NCBI GenBank assembly: GCA_028279805.1
Contig: JANQMZ010000007.1
Span: 450,001 to 482,000 of the forward strand
Length of the DNA: 32,000 bases
Source: an archaeon
GTDB taxonomy: Archaea > Iainarchaeota > Iainarchaeia > Iainarchaeales > JANQMZ01
Direction: 5' to 3'
Shown here in pieces: positions 16,552 to 27,012 of the stretch (position 1 is the first letter of the stretch; each line of letters opens with the position of its first letter). The translations under genes were made by a program, and so were the position numbers. The notes under the pieces are model-generated. The model was not told the origin of the DNA. It searched no databases and saw only the letters and a list, made by a program, of their open reading frames with translations.

Positions 16552-19152
16552 ATGCTGGAAAAAAAAATAAAGGAATTGGAATTCGGGTTAATGAGCCCTG
16601 AAATGATTAGAAAAATGTCAGTTGTTGAAATAAAAACACCTGAAACTTATGACAAGGATGGTTATCCTGTTGAAGAGGGTTTAATGGATTTGCACATGGG
16701 TGTAATTAGCCCCGGAATGCGGTGCAAAACTGACGGGCAGACAATGAAAAATTGCCCCGGATATTTTGGCCATTTGGAAATGGTTCGCCCTATTATTCAT
16801 CCAAAATTTTCAATCAATCTGGAAAAACTGTTAATGTCTACATGCAGAAAATGTGGAAAAATTTTGGTGCCCGCTGAAAAAATAAAAGCAATCCGTTCAA
16901 AACCGGGTTCTGAGGAAATGGCTAAAAAAATAAGGGATAAAGCAAAAACAATCAAAAAATGCCCACATTGTTCAAAAAAAGATGAAAAAATTTCATTAGA
17001 CAAGCCAACAAATTTTTATCTGGGAAAAGAAAGAATTTATCCGGCTGAAATAAGAGAATGGGTTGAAAGAGTTTCAGATGAAGATGCTTTGCTTTTAGGA
17101 TTTAAACCAGACATTTTAAGACCGGAATGGCTTATAATGACTGTTCTGCCCGTGCCTCCAATTACAATCAGGCCGAGCATTACACTTGAAACAGGAATGA
17201 AATCAGAAGATGATTTAACACACAAACTTGTTGACATTATAAGAATTAATACCCGGTTAAAGGATAATATTGATGCCGGTGCTCCCCAATTAATTATTGA
17301 AGATTTGTGGGATTTGTTACAGTATCATGTTACAACATATTTTGATAATCAGACAGCTGGTGTGCCGCCTGCAAAACACAGGAGTGGGCGGGCACTAAGA
17401 ACGCTTGTCCAAAGACTGAAAGGAAAGAAGGGCAGATTCAGATATAATTTGACAGGAAAAAGAGTTAATTTTGCGGCCCGTTCGACAATCAGTCCCGACC
17501 CGTTTATTTCAATTAATGAAATTGGTGTTCCTCAAAGAATTGCAGATGATTTAACTGTTCCTGAAAAAGTTTTGGACTGGAACAAAAAAGATTTGCAAAA
17601 ACTTATTAAGGAAACAGATAAAGCTGTTTCTGTTTTAAGAACAGACCAGAGAAGAAAAATTGTAACAGAAGAAACAAGAAAAGAAATTGCAAAAGAGCTT
17701 GACCTTGGTTTTATTGTTGAAAGAAAATTACAGGACGGAGACATTGTTTTGTTTAACAGGCAGCCGTCTTTGCACAGATTATCAATGCTTGCACATAAAG
17801 TCAGAATAATGGACGGAAAAACTTTCAGGTTAAACCCGGTTGTATGCAAGCCATATAACGCCGACTTTGACGGGGATGAAATGAACATGCATGTTCCACA
17901 AACACAGGAAGGCATTGCAGAAGCAAGAGAATTAATGTATGTCCAGGAACAGGTTATTAGCCCGAGGTACGGAGCGCCTGTAATTGTTTTAGATGAAGAT
18001 GGCATTACAGGAACATATATTCTGACAATGGATCAGACAGAGTTTTCAGAGAAAGAAGCATTTAAACTGTTTTACGAACTTGGTTTTGACAAGTTTCCAA
18101 AACCGGACCGGGGCAAAAACTATTCAGGAAAATTAATTTTTTCACAGTTGTTGCCAAAAGATTTGAATTTGTCTTACAAGTCAAAAACTTTTGAAGTTTT
18201 AGAAAAACTTGATTCAAAAGAAAAAACTTTAGGAGAAAAATCAAAACACTGGGTTCACATTAAAAACGGCAAACTGATTTCAGGAACAATTGATGAAAAT
18301 TCTTTGGGGGAGATCAGCGGGGTTTTGATTGACACGCTTGCAAGAGAATATCCTCATGACGTTATTTCAAATTTTTACAACAAGTTAAACAAAATTATTG
18401 GATGGGTTATCACAATCAAAGGTTTAACTGTCGGGCTTGATGAATATGAAATTAATGACAAAATAAAAAAATTAAGGGAAAAAGCGGTTAAAGAGGAACT
18501 GGATGAAGCTGAAAAACTTGTAAAAGAATATAAAAAAGGCAGCTTGCAGTTAATTCCGGGAAGAACTTTGGATGAAAGTTTTGAAACAAAAATGTTACAG
18601 TTAGGAGCAAAAGTCAAAGGAAAAGTTGAAAAAGAATTAATGAAAGAAAAACTTGAATCAGTTTTACAGGAAAATCCTGTTCTGAATACAAGCCTGATGA
18701 TTATAGCAGGTTCCAGGGGAAATGCTACAAATCTGATGAACATTGCAGGATTCTGGGGGCAGGCATCTGTAAGGGCAGGCAGGCCAAAAAGCGGTTTTTC
18801 AAACAGAATTCTGGCATTAAGCCAAAAAGGAGATGTCGGGGCTACAGCAGGAGGATTTATTGAACAAAGCCTGCTGGAAGGATTAAAAGGATCAGAATAT
18901 TTTTACCACTCAATTGGTGGAAGGCAGGGAGAAGTTGATACCGGTGTTTCAACAAAAGTTTCAGGTTATTTGTACAGAAGACTGGCAAATTCTCTGAAAG
19001 AATTAAGCGTTAAAAACGATGCAACTGTCAGGACAAGTGCAAACAAAATAGTGCAGTTAAAATACGGAGAAGACGGAGTTTTTCCGATGAAAACAAAAAA
19101 AGGAAAAGCAATAGATGTTGCAAAAGTTTTCAAAAAAATAAAACAAAAGTGA
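16552..19152 (+). CDS. rpoA1: DNA-directed RNA polymerase subunit A'
   Basis: NADFDGDEMNMHVPQ (here YNADFDGDEMN) active-site motif, RPPVRPSI-like bridge upstream, zinc-binding N-terminus. Confidence 0.98.
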   Translation: MLEKKIKELEFGLMSPEMIRKMSVVEIKTPETYDKDGYPVEEGLMDLHMGVISPGMRCKTDGQTMKNCPGYFGHLEMVRPIIHPKFSINLEKLLMSTCRKCGKILVPAEKIKAIRSKPGSEEMAKKIRDKAKTIKKCPHCSKKDEKISLDKPTNFYLGKERIYPAEIREWVERVSDEDALLLGFKPDILRPEWLIMTVLPVPPITIRPSITLETGMKSEDDLTHKLVDIIRINTRLKDNIDAGAPQLIIEDLWDLLQYHVTTYFDNQTAGVPPAKHRSGRALRTLVQRLKGKKGRFRYNLTGKRVNFAARSTISPDPFISINEIGVPQRIADDLTVPEKVLDWNKKDLQKLIKETDKAVSVLRTDQRRKIVTEETRKEIAKELDLGFIVERKLQDGDIVLFNRQPSLHRLSMLAHKVRIMDGKTFRLNPVVCKPYNADFDGDEMNMHVPQTQEGIAEARELMYVQEQVISPRYGAPVIVLDEDGITGTYILTMDQTEFSEKEAFKLFYELGFDKFPKPDRGKNYSGKLIFSQLLPKDLNLSYKSKTFEVLEKLDSKEKTLGEKSKHWVHIKNGKLISGTIDENSLGEISGVLIDTLAREYPHDVISNFYNKLNKIIGWVITIKGLTVGLDEYEINDKIKKLREKAVKEELDEAEKLVKEYKKGSLQLIPGRTLDESFETKMLQLGAKVKGKVEKELMKEKLESVLQENPVLNTSLMIIAGSRGNATNLMNIAGFWGQASVRAGRPKSGFSNRILALSQKGDVGATAGGFIEQSLLEGLKGSEYFYHSIGGRQGEVDTGVSTKVSGYLYRRLANSLKELSVKNDATVRTSANKIVQLKYGEDGVFPMKTKKGKAIDVAKVFKKIKQK

Positions 19153-19159
19153 TTAAAAA

Positions 19160-20437
19160 ATGCCTAAAAAGAAAACCGTTAAAACAAAAACTTTAAAGAA
19201 AAAAATAAAGGCTTCTGTGAAAAAAACAAAAAAGGCAAAAAAAACCGTTAAAAAAATTAAAAAAGCTGTTAAAAAGAAAAAAACTGTTAAAACAGTTGTA
19301 AAAAAAGAAAAACCGGTTAAAAAAGACTGGGAAGATTTTGGTTTGCCAAAACTTGTCTGGGATGAAACGCATTCTTTTGCAGCTGAAAACAATTTGTCTG
19401 ATGCGGAAAAACAAAAATTGCTGGATGAAATAAAATCAATGTATAACGCTTTACAGGTTGAAAACGGGGAAGCTGTTGGCATAGTGGCAGCGCAATCGTT
19501 GGGAGAACCGGGAACACAGCTTACTTTGAGAACAAAGCACTTTGCAGGTGCTGCAGAGGTTTCAGTGGGTTCAGGTATTCAGAGAGTTGAAGAAATTGTT
19601 GACGGGAGAAGCAAGGCAAGATATGCCACAATGACAATTTATCTGAATGAAGAATTAAGAAAAGATGAGCAAAAAGCTGATGCGTTTGCAAAATCTTTAA
19701 TTAATGTCAGAGCGCAGGACCTGGTTTCAATTAATGAAGATTTTGACAAGAGAACTGTTTCAATTGAAGTTAATGTAAAAAAAGCAAAAGAAAACCAAAT
19801 TGAAGCAGAAGAACTTGTTGAAAAATTAAAAAGCCAGATTGAAAACGGAAAAACTTCAAAAAGAAAAAATGTTTTAACAATAAATTATGATAAAAAACAT
19901 CCTTTGTTAAAAATAAGAAAAGAATTAATCAAGCTTTTGAAAAAAAGAGTCGGCGGGGTTGCAGGCATTGAAAAAACAATTTTGTTCCATGAAAACGGGG
20001 AATACATTATAAAAACAAGCGGAACAAATTTGAAATCTGTTTTAAGAAAAAAAGAAGTTGACCCTACAAGAACAATTACAAATGACATTGTTGAAATTTC
20101 AAAAGTGCTGGGAATTGAAGCTTCAAGAACAGCATTAATAGAGGAATTAAACAAAACACTTGAAGAAAACGGCATACTGGTTGACATCAGGCATATTATT
20201 CTGCTTGCAGACCTTGTTTCATTTTCAGGTGAAATAAAAGGAACAGTCAGAACAGGGGTAATGAGAGCAAAATCAAGCCCTTTTGCAAAAGCAGCTTTTG
20301 AGGAAACAACAAAACATTTACTGGCAGCAGCTTTCAAGGGAGAAAAAGAAAAACTGCAGGGAGTAATTGAAAACATTATCGTGGGACAGCCAATCAAACT
20401 TGGCACAGGCGTAGTAAAACTGATAATGAAGGAATGA
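19160..20437 (+). CDS. rpoA2: DNA-directed RNA polymerase subunit A'' with Lys-rich N-terminal extension
   Basis: [28 protein letters not shown]...; preceded by about 55 residues dominated by Lys/Val/Thr. Confidence 0.97.
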   Translation: MPKKKTVKTKTLKKKIKASVKKTKKAKKTVKKIKKAVKKKKTVKTVVKKEKPVKKDWEDFGLPKLVWDETHSFAAENNLSDAEKQKLLDEIKSMYNALQVENGEAVGIVAAQSLGEPGTQLTLRTKHFAGAAEVSVGSGIQRVEEIVDGRSKARYATMTIYLNEELRKDEQKADAFAKSLINVRAQDLVSINEDFDKRTVSIEVNVKKAKENQIEAEELVEKLKSQIENGKTSKRKNVLTINYDKKHPLLKIRKELIKLLKKRVGGVAGIEKTILFHENGEYIIKTSGTNLKSVLRKKEVDPTRTITNDIVEISKVLGIEASRTALIEELNKTLEENGILVDIRHIILLADLVSFSGEIKGTVRTGVMRAKSSPFAKAAFEETTKHLLAAAFKGEKEKLQGVIENIIVGQPIKLGTGVVKLIMKE

Positions 20438-20739
20438 TTCAAATGGATGAAACAACTGAAATCAGAAGAGCTGTTGATACAGGAAAAGTTTTGCTTGGAT
20501 TAAGGGAAACTGAAAAAAATGTTCTCAAAGGAAACGGAAAACTTGTTGTTGTAAGCAACAATTTGAATGAAAAGGAAAGAGAAAAACTGGAACATGTGGC
20601 AAAACTTTCAGATATAAAAATTTATTTTTTTAAAGGAAATTCTATTCAGCTTGGCTCAGTTTGCGGAAAACCTTTTCCGGTTTCAGTTTTGTTAATTCAG
20701 AAAGAGGGAAAAAGCGACATTTTAACAATAACAAAATAA
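20434..20739 (+). CDS. rpl30e: Ribosomal protein L30e
   Basis: Position in supercluster; [31 protein letters not shown]. Confidence 0.92.
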   Translation: MIQMDETTEIRRAVDTGKVLLGLRETEKNVLKGNGKLVVVSNNLNEKEREKLEHVAKLSDIKIYFFKGNSIQLGSVCGKPFPVSVLLIQKEGKSDILTITK

Positions 20740-20749
20740 CAGGGATACA

Positions 20750-21148
20750 ATGAAACTGTCAAAAGATGATATTTTTTTTATAAACGAGTTTCAGTCTGTG
20801 ACCGGAGTAACAGCAAAAGACTGTATTAATGACGGAAAAACTGTTTCTTTTCTTGTTGAAGATGAAAAAATGGGAAAAGCAATCGGAAAAAATGCAAATA
20901 ATATAAAACAACTTGCAAAAAAATTAAATAAAACAATTGAAATTATCGGTTTTTTTGAAAATGCTGAAACATTTTTACAAAAAGCTTTTAACAAATATGA
21001 TACAAAAATTGAAATTAAAAACGAAAAAGTGGTTATTCAGACTGATGCAGAAGCAAAAATGAACATTTTAAGGAACAAAAAACGATTTGAAAGGATTAAA
21101 AACTTTACAAACAGAAATTATAATATTGAGGAAATTAGGTTGAAGTAA
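20750..21148 (+). CDS. nusA: NusA-like KH-domain transcription termination factor
   Basis: [33 protein letters not shown], canonical position. Confidence 0.92.
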   Translation: MKLSKDDIFFINEFQSVTGVTAKDCINDGKTVSFLVEDEKMGKAIGKNANNIKQLAKKLNKTIEIIGFFENAETFLQKAFNKYDTKIEIKNEKVVIQTDAEAKMNILRNKKRFERIKNFTNRNYNIEEIRLK

Positions 21149-21149
21149 T

Positions 21150-21578
21150 ATGGCAGTAGGAGAATTTGCAGCAAGACAGCTTGAAAAAAAAAGAAAGAAA
21201 TGGAGATGGAAAAAAGCGCATTACAAGCTTAAAATGAAAGGTTTAACACAAAAATATGACCTTTTAGAGGGAGCTCCTCAGGCTAAAGGAATTGTTATTG
21301 AAAAAAGAGGAGTTACGGCAAGACAGCCAAACTCAGGAATAAGAAAATGTGTCAGGATCCAGTTAATTAAAAACGGAAAACAGCTGACCGCGTTAGCCCC
21401 GAGGGATGGAGCAATAAAATTTATAGATGAACATGACGAGGTTACAATTGAAGGAATTGGCGGCAGTAAAAAAGGAGCAAAAGGAGATTTGTGGGGAGTA
21501 AAATACAAAGTTGTAAAAGTAAACAATCAAAGTCTGGAAATGTTAAGAACAGGCAAAAAAGAAAAAGTTAAAAGGTAA
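21150..21578 (+). CDS. rps12: Ribosomal protein S12
   Basis: [52 protein letters not shown]. Confidence 0.97.
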   Translation: MAVGEFAARQLEKKRKKWRWKKAHYKLKMKGLTQKYDLLEGAPQAKGIVIEKRGVTARQPNSGIRKCVRIQLIKNGKQLTALAPRDGAIKFIDEHDEVTIEGIGGSKKGAKGDLWGVKYKVVKVNNQSLEMLRTGKKEKVKR

Positions 21579-21583
21579 ATAAA

Positions 21584-22186
21584 ATGAGTTTAATTTTTGA
21601 CAGATGGTCAACGGAAGGCATTGTAATAAGGGATATCAGCCTGGCCAGATATATTAGCCTGGATACGCCTACAGTACCACATTCTTTCGGAAGAAAAAAC
21701 CAGAGAAGGTTTGAAAAAGCCACAATAAATGTTGTTGAAAGATTAATAAACAAGGTAATGCGTTCAGGCCAGGGCAAAAGAAAATTATCAGGAAAATATA
21801 TCCGGGGAAGAAATTCAACCGGTAAAAAAATTCAGGCAATAAATCTTGTTGAAAATGCTTTTGAAAAAATTGAACAAAAAACAAAAAAAAATCCTATTCA
21901 GATTTTAGTTGAAGCAATAGAAAATGCAGCTCCAAGAGAAGACATTACAAGAATAAAAAAAGGAGGCATTTCCTATTCACAGGCAGTTGACATTGCCCCA
22001 ATGAGAAGAATGGATGAAGCTTTAAAAAATTTGGCATTATCAGCTTTTTCAAGTTCTTTTAATAACAAAAGAAAAGCATCTGATTCTCTGGCGGAGGAAC
22101 TTATTCTGGCTTCACAAGGAGACATTAAAAGTTTTTCAGTTAAAAGAAGAGATGAAGTTGAAAGAATTGCAAAAAGCAGCAGATAA
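21584..22186 (+). CDS. rps7: Ribosomal protein S7
   Basis: NVVERLINKVMRSGQGKRKLSGK...PIQILVEAIENAAPREDITRIKKGGISYSQAVDIAPMRRMDEAL. Confidence 0.97.
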   Translation: MSLIFDRWSTEGIVIRDISLARYISLDTPTVPHSFGRKNQRRFEKATINVVERLINKVMRSGQGKRKLSGKYIRGRNSTGKKIQAINLVENAFEKIEQKTKKNPIQILVEAIENAAPREDITRIKKGGISYSQAVDIAPMRRMDEALKNLALSAFSSSFNNKRKASDSLAEELILASQGDIKSFSVKRRDEVERIAKSSR

Positions 22187-22201
22187 TGAAAAGGTGTTAG
22201 T

Positions 22202-24397
22202 ATGGGCAGAAGAGAGGACATGGTAAAAGAAGCTGAAGATTTAATGGGCAATCTTAACAATATTAGAAATATCGGAATTGTTGCACATATTGACCATGGC
22301 AAAACAACAATGACTGATTCTTTAATTGCAGCAGCCGGACTAATATCAGAAGAATTAGCAGGAAAACAATTGTTCATGGATTCATACCATTTGGAACAGG
22401 AAAGAGGAATAACAATTAATGCTGCAAACATTTCAGTTGTATATCCTTATGAAAATGAAACTTTTTTGATTAATGTTATTGACACTCCGGGACACGTTGA
22501 TTTCGGCGGGGATGTTATCAGGGCAATGAGGGCTGTTGACGGCGTTGTTGTATTAATTGACGCTGTTGAAGGGCCGATGCCTCAGACTGAAACTGTTATA
22601 AGACAGGCTTTGAAAGAAAACTGCAAACCCACTTTGTTTATCAACAAAGTTGACAGGCTTATTAATGAACTGCAGGTTGATGAAAAAGAAATGCAGGAAA
22701 AATTTGTCAAAAATATTGCAAAAGTTAATGCGTTGATTGAAAAAAATGCTCCGGCACAGTTTGCAGATGAATGGAAAGTAAGTGTTGAAAACGGAACAGT
22801 GGTATTCGGTTCAGCTTTATACAAATGGGGAATATCCGTGCCTCAGATGAAAAAAACAGGAATAACTTTTAAGGACATTTATGAAAATTTGTCAAAAGAA
22901 GACGGGCAAAAAGAATTATCCAAAAAAATTCCTTTATACAAGTCAATAATGGAAATGGTTATAGAGCATTTGCCAGATCCTTCCCAGGCACAAAAATACA
23001 GAATTCCTGAAATATGGAAAGGGGAGTCAGAATCAGAAGCCGGAAAAGGAATGATTGAATGTTCAAAAGATTCTCCTCTTGCAATGATGATAACAAATGT
23101 AAGTGTTGACCCGCATGCAGGAGAAATTGCAACAGGCAGAATATATTCGGGTTCTGTTCAGAAAGGAATGAAATTAAAATTAATGAGCCAGAAAAAAGAT
23201 GTTTCAATTCAGCAAGTCGGAGTTTACATGGGGCCCAACAGAATTAATGTTGAAAAAATTCCGGCCGGAAATATTGCGGCTTTGGTGGGCGTGAGAGATG
23301 TTTATGTCGGTGAAACTGTTAGCACGCAGGAAATTGAACAGTTTGAAAGCTTTAAAACAGCAGCAGAACCGGTTATGACTATCAGTGTTGAAGCCAAGCA
23401 AACAAAAGATTTGCCAAAGCTTGTTGAAGTGTTAAGGGAAATAACAAAAGCAGATCCAAATATCAGGGCTTCAATTAACCAGGATACCGGGGAACACTTG
23501 TTAAGCGGAATGGGAGAACTGCATTTGGATGTAACTCAGACAAGAATAAGCGTTGACCATGGTATTCCCATAAATGTTTCAGAGCCGATTGTTGTTTACA
23601 GGGAAACAATCAGAAGCAAAAGCCAGGAATTAATGGGCAAAAGTCCAAACAAACACAACCAGTTAAAAATGACTGTTGAACCCATGAGTGAAGAAATGTT
23701 TGAAAAATTATCAGAATCCGGTTTGAACGGAAAAATTAAAAAAACTGATAAAGATGCTTTGAAAAAATTACAGGACGCAGGCTTTTCAACAGATGAATCA
23801 AAAAAAGTCTGGTGGCTGCACAACAACAATGTTTTGGTTAACAATACGCGGGGAATACAGGCTTTGCATGAAATTCAGGAGTTAGTTTGTGAAGCTTTTA
23901 TGAATGTAATGAATGAAGGGCCTTTGGCAATGGAAAAATGCACAAAATTAATTGTAAGACTGCATGATGCAAAATTACATGAAGATGCTATTCATCGTGG
24001 ACCAGCCCAGATTTTGCCTGTTGTCCAGAGAACAGTTTATGCCTGTATGCTTCAAGCCGGTGCCATAATTTTGGAACCAAAACAAAAACTGTATATTTCC
24101 GTGCCACAAGATTTTATGGGTGCGGCTTCAAAAGAATTGAATCAAAGGAGAGCTCAGATTAGTGAAATGAATACAGAAGGAGATTCAACTGTAATGCTTG
24201 CCATTGCCCCTGTAAAAGAATTAATAGGGTTTTCATCAGAAATAAGGAGCGTTACGCAGGGCAGGGCGATCTGGACAGCTGAATTTTCAGGTTATGACCC
24301 ATTACCGGAACAAATGCAAAAAGAAGTTATAAAGGAAGTCAGAACAAGAAAAGGCATGGAACCTGAACCCAAAAATTACGCTTATTTCCTTGAATAA
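22202..24397 (+). CDS. fusA: Translation elongation factor 2
   Basis: NIGIVAHIDHGKTTMTDSLI, DTPGHVDFGGDV, LHEDAIHRGPAQILPVVQRTVY (diphthamide loop). Confidence 0.98.
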   Translation: MGRREDMVKEAEDLMGNLNNIRNIGIVAHIDHGKTTMTDSLIAAAGLISEELAGKQLFMDSYHLEQERGITINAANISVVYPYENETFLINVIDTPGHVDFGGDVIRAMRAVDGVVVLIDAVEGPMPQTETVIRQALKENCKPTLFINKVDRLINELQVDEKEMQEKFVKNIAKVNALIEKNAPAQFADEWKVSVENGTVVFGSALYKWGISVPQMKKTGITFKDIYENLSKEDGQKELSKKIPLYKSIMEMVIEHLPDPSQAQKYRIPEIWKGESESEAGKGMIECSKDSPLAMMITNVSVDPHAGEIATGRIYSGSVQKGMKLKLMSQKKDVSIQQVGVYMGPNRINVEKIPAGNIAALVGVRDVYVGETVSTQEIEQFESFKTAAEPVMTISVEAKQTKDLPKLVEVLREITKADPNIRASINQDTGEHLLSGMGELHLDVTQTRISVDHGIPINVSEPIVVYRETIRSKSQELMGKSPNKHNQLKMTVEPMSEEMFEKLSESGLNGKIKKTDKDALKKLQDAGFSTDESKKVWWLHNNNVLVNNTRGIQALHEIQELVCEAFMNVMNEGPLAMEKCTKLIVRLHDAKLHEDAIHRGPAQILPVVQRTVYACMLQAGAIILEPKQKLYISVPQDFMGAASKELNQRRAQISEMNTEGDSTVMLAIAPVKELIGFSSEIRSVTQGRAIWTAEFSGYDPLPEQMQKEVIKEVRTRKGMEPEPKNYAYFLE

Positions 24398-24511
24398 AGA
24401 GGTTTTTTAAAGCTAATGTATGAATAATATTAGTTGCATTGCACTTAGGTGTTGAATTAAAAGCATTAGGAAGCGTTTTTAAAAAAAAATAGTTTTTTAG
24501 GTGATGAAAGA

Positions 24512-25780
24512 ATGGCTGAAAAATCGCAAATCAATCTGGTCTTTATTGGCCACGTAGATCATGGTAAAAGTACCTTAGTTGGAAGATTATTATACGATTC
24601 AGGAGCTTTAAGCGAACAGGAATACAGAAAGCTTGAATCTGAAGCAAAAGAAGCAGGAAAAGGAACATTTGCATTTGCATATGCAATGGACCGATTAAAA
24701 GAGGAAAGGGAGAGAGGAGTTACAATCGATTTGGCTTATAAAAAATTTAATTCCCAGAAAAACAATTTTACAATAATTGATGCTCCGGGCCACAAAGATT
24801 TTGTTAAAAACATGATTACCGGAACAAGCCAGGCTGACGCAGCTGTTTTGGTTGTGGCAGTAAAAGAAGGAATCAAACCTCAGACAAAAGAACATGCATT
24901 TTTAGCACAGGTTATGGGAATTAAACAGTTGACAATTGCAGTTAACAAAATGGACGAAGCAAACTATGACGAAAAAGCTTTTAACGATGTAAAAGGAGAA
25001 ATTGAAAAACTTTTAACAGGCATCGGATTTAAAGCTGACACAGTTAATTTTGTACCTGTTTCCGCTTGGGAAGGGGACAATGTTGCAAAAAAAACAGAAA
25101 AAATGTCATGGTACAAAGGCGGTTCATTATTAGAAACATTAGACGGATTAACAGCACCGGAAGCACCAACAGACAAACCGTTAAGGTTGCCAATCCAGGA
25201 TGTTTACAGCATCAAAGGAGTTGGAGCTGTTCCAGTAGGCAGGGTTGAAACAGGAATCATAAAACCGGGTGACAAAATAACCGTTAATCCTCCAAAAGTT
25301 GATGGTGAAGTAAAAACAGTTGAAATGCACCATGAACAATTACCACAAGCTGGTCCGGGTGACAATATCGGATTTAATGTAAGAGGAATGGGAAAAGATG
25401 ACATTGCCCGTGGTGATGTTGTCGGACCAACAAGCAATCCTCCAAGCATTATAGATGAATTCACAGCACAAATTGTTGTGTTAAGCCATCCTACAGCAAT
25501 TCCACAGGGTTATACTCCTGTTTTTCACTTGCACACAGCACAATTAAGCTGTACTTTAACAGAATTGCAGAAAAAATTAGACCCAAAAACTGGTGATGTG
25601 AAAGAAGAAAATCCAAAGTTTTTGAAAACAGGTGACGCTGCAATTGTTAAAATAAAACCAACTCAGCCATTGTCAGCCGAGGAATACAAAAAGTTTCCGC
25701 AGCTTGGCAGGTTTGCAATCAGGGACATGGGACAAACAGTAGCAGCAGGAATGATTGTAAGCATTACTGAAAAAAAATAG
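24512..25780 (+). CDS. tuf: Translation elongation factor 1A
   Basis: [43 protein letters not shown]. Confidence 0.98.
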   Translation: MAEKSQINLVFIGHVDHGKSTLVGRLLYDSGALSEQEYRKLESEAKEAGKGTFAFAYAMDRLKEERERGVTIDLAYKKFNSQKNNFTIIDAPGHKDFVKNMITGTSQADAAVLVVAVKEGIKPQTKEHAFLAQVMGIKQLTIAVNKMDEANYDEKAFNDVKGEIEKLLTGIGFKADTVNFVPVSAWEGDNVAKKTEKMSWYKGGSLLETLDGLTAPEAPTDKPLRLPIQDVYSIKGVGAVPVGRVETGIIKPGDKITVNPPKVDGEVKTVEMHHEQLPQAGPGDNIGFNVRGMGKDDIARGDVVGPTSNPPSIIDEFTAQIVVLSHPTAIPQGYTPVFHLHTAQLSCTLTELQKKLDPKTGDVKEENPKFLKTGDAAIVKIKPTQPLSAEEYKKFPQLGRFAIRDMGQTVAAGMIVSITEKK

Positions 25781-25790
25781 GTGGGTTGAA

Positions 25791-26102
25791 ATGGGTCAGA
25801 AAGCAAGAGTCAAACTTTCTGGCACAGACCACAACGAATTAGATGAAATTGCTGAAAAAATACTTGAAGTGGCTTCCAGAACAGGGGTAAAGCATTCAGG
25901 TGTTATAAGTTTACCGACAAAAAAACTGATTATTCCCACAAGAAAAAGTCCTTGTGGCGGCGGAACAGAAACATATGAACATTGGCAGTTAAGAGTTCAT
26001 AAAAGGCTTTTGGATATTGATGCAGATGAACGAACTTTAAGGCGAATAATGCGAGTAGAAATTCCTGAAAAAGTTCATGTTGAAATCGAATTAAAAGAAT
26101 AA
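25791..26102 (+). CDS. rps10: Ribosomal protein S10
   Basis: ARVKLSGTDHNELDEIAEKI...GVISLPTKKLIIPTRKSPCGGGTETYEHWQLRVHKRLLDIDADERTLRRIMR. Confidence 0.97.
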   Translation: MGQKARVKLSGTDHNELDEIAEKILEVASRTGVKHSGVISLPTKKLIIPTRKSPCGGGTETYEHWQLRVHKRLLDIDADERTLRRIMRVEIPEKVHVEIELKE

Positions 26103-26153
26103 AATTTTAACCAAATTCTTTAATTACCTTTATGTGTAATTATACCGGTGTTT

Positions 26154-26591
26154 ATGAAATATTATTTTGGCTCGGATCACGCCGGCTTGGAGTTAAAAAA
26201 AGCTTTAATTGAACATTTAAAACAAAAAGGCCTGAAAACAGAAGACTTGGGAACGCATTCTCAGGACAGCTGTGATTATCCGGATTATGCAATTGCAGTT
26301 GCGGAAAAAGTTGCAAAAGAAAATGCTTTGGGAATTCTTGTATGCGGCACAGGCATAGGAATTTGCATGAGTGCAAACAAAGTTGATGGAATAAGAGCAG
26401 CAACAATTCATAATGAATTCACCGGGCAAATGGCAAAAGAACATAACAATGCAAACATTATTTGTTTAGGCGGGCGCGTGGTTGATGAACAAACTGCAAA
26501 AAAAGCTGTTGACGGCTGGCTTGAAGCAAAGTTTGGTGAAGGAAGGCATACTGGCAGGGTTAAAAAAATAATGGACATTGAAAAACACTGA
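26154..26591 (+). CDS. rpiB: Ribose-5-phosphate isomerase B (RpiB/LacAB family)
   Basis: FGSDHAGLELKKALIEHL, SCDYPDYAIAVAEKVAKENALGILVCGTGIGICMSANKVDGIRAA, NANIICLGGRV. Confidence 0.96.
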   Translation: MKYYFGSDHAGLELKKALIEHLKQKGLKTEDLGTHSQDSCDYPDYAIAVAEKVAKENALGILVCGTGIGICMSANKVDGIRAATIHNEFTGQMAKEHNNANIICLGGRVVDEQTAKKAVDGWLEAKFGEGRHTGRVKKIMDIEKH

Positions 26592-26596
26592 TTTTA

Positions 26597-27010
26597 ATGT
26601 TTGAAATACTGGAACATAAAGGAGAAACTGCAATAAGAGCTTCCGGAAAAACAATTGAACAGGCTTTTGAAGAAGCGGGAAAAGCATTGTTTAGTGTAAT
26701 GGTTTCACTGGATTCAGTTGAAGAAAAAAAAGAAATAAATTTTGAAGTTAGTGGAACAAAATTAGATGAATTGTTTGTAAATTTTTTAAATGAATTAATT
26801 TTTCAGTCAGGAATAAATGAAATGTTTTTTTCTTCTTTTAAACTTGAAAAAATTGAAAAAAATGAAAATTTTTTTTTAAAAGGAAAAGCTTTTGGAGAAA
26901 AAATTAATGAGGAAAAGCATGATTTAGGTGTTGAAGTTAAGGCTGCAAGTTTGTCAGGCTTAAAAGTTGATGAAAAAGAAAATACTGTTCAGTGTGTTCT
27001 GGATGTGTAA
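26597..27010 (+). CDS. Archease
   Basis: MFEILEHKGETAIRASGKTIEQAFEEAGKALFSVMV; coupled to rtcB. Confidence 0.93.
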   Translation: MFEILEHKGETAIRASGKTIEQAFEEAGKALFSVMVSLDSVEEKKEINFEVSGTKLDELFVNFLNELIFQSGINEMFFSSFKLEKIEKNENFFLKGKAFGEKINEEKHDLGVEVKAASLSGLKVDEKENTVQCVLDV

Positions 27011-27012
27011 TT

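Noticed and set aside
13695-20442. Numerous antisense ORFs opposite rpoB/rpoA genes (e.g. 15551-16081, 17532-18005, 19885-20442)
   Set aside because: Serine/leucine/phenylalanine-rich mirror translations of strongly conserved genes; typical shadow ORFs in this codon-biased AT-rich genome.
22202-24397. Altered diphthamide loop in EF-2 (HRGPAQ rather than HRGGGQ)
   Set aside because: The modified His is retained and, as I recall, the HRGPAQ variant is found in other archaeal EF-2 proteins, so it is not a sign of diphthamide loss.
22582-25464. Antisense ORFs opposite EF-2 and EF-1A
   Set aside because: Shadow ORFs with no motifs; opposite-strand genes are unambiguous.
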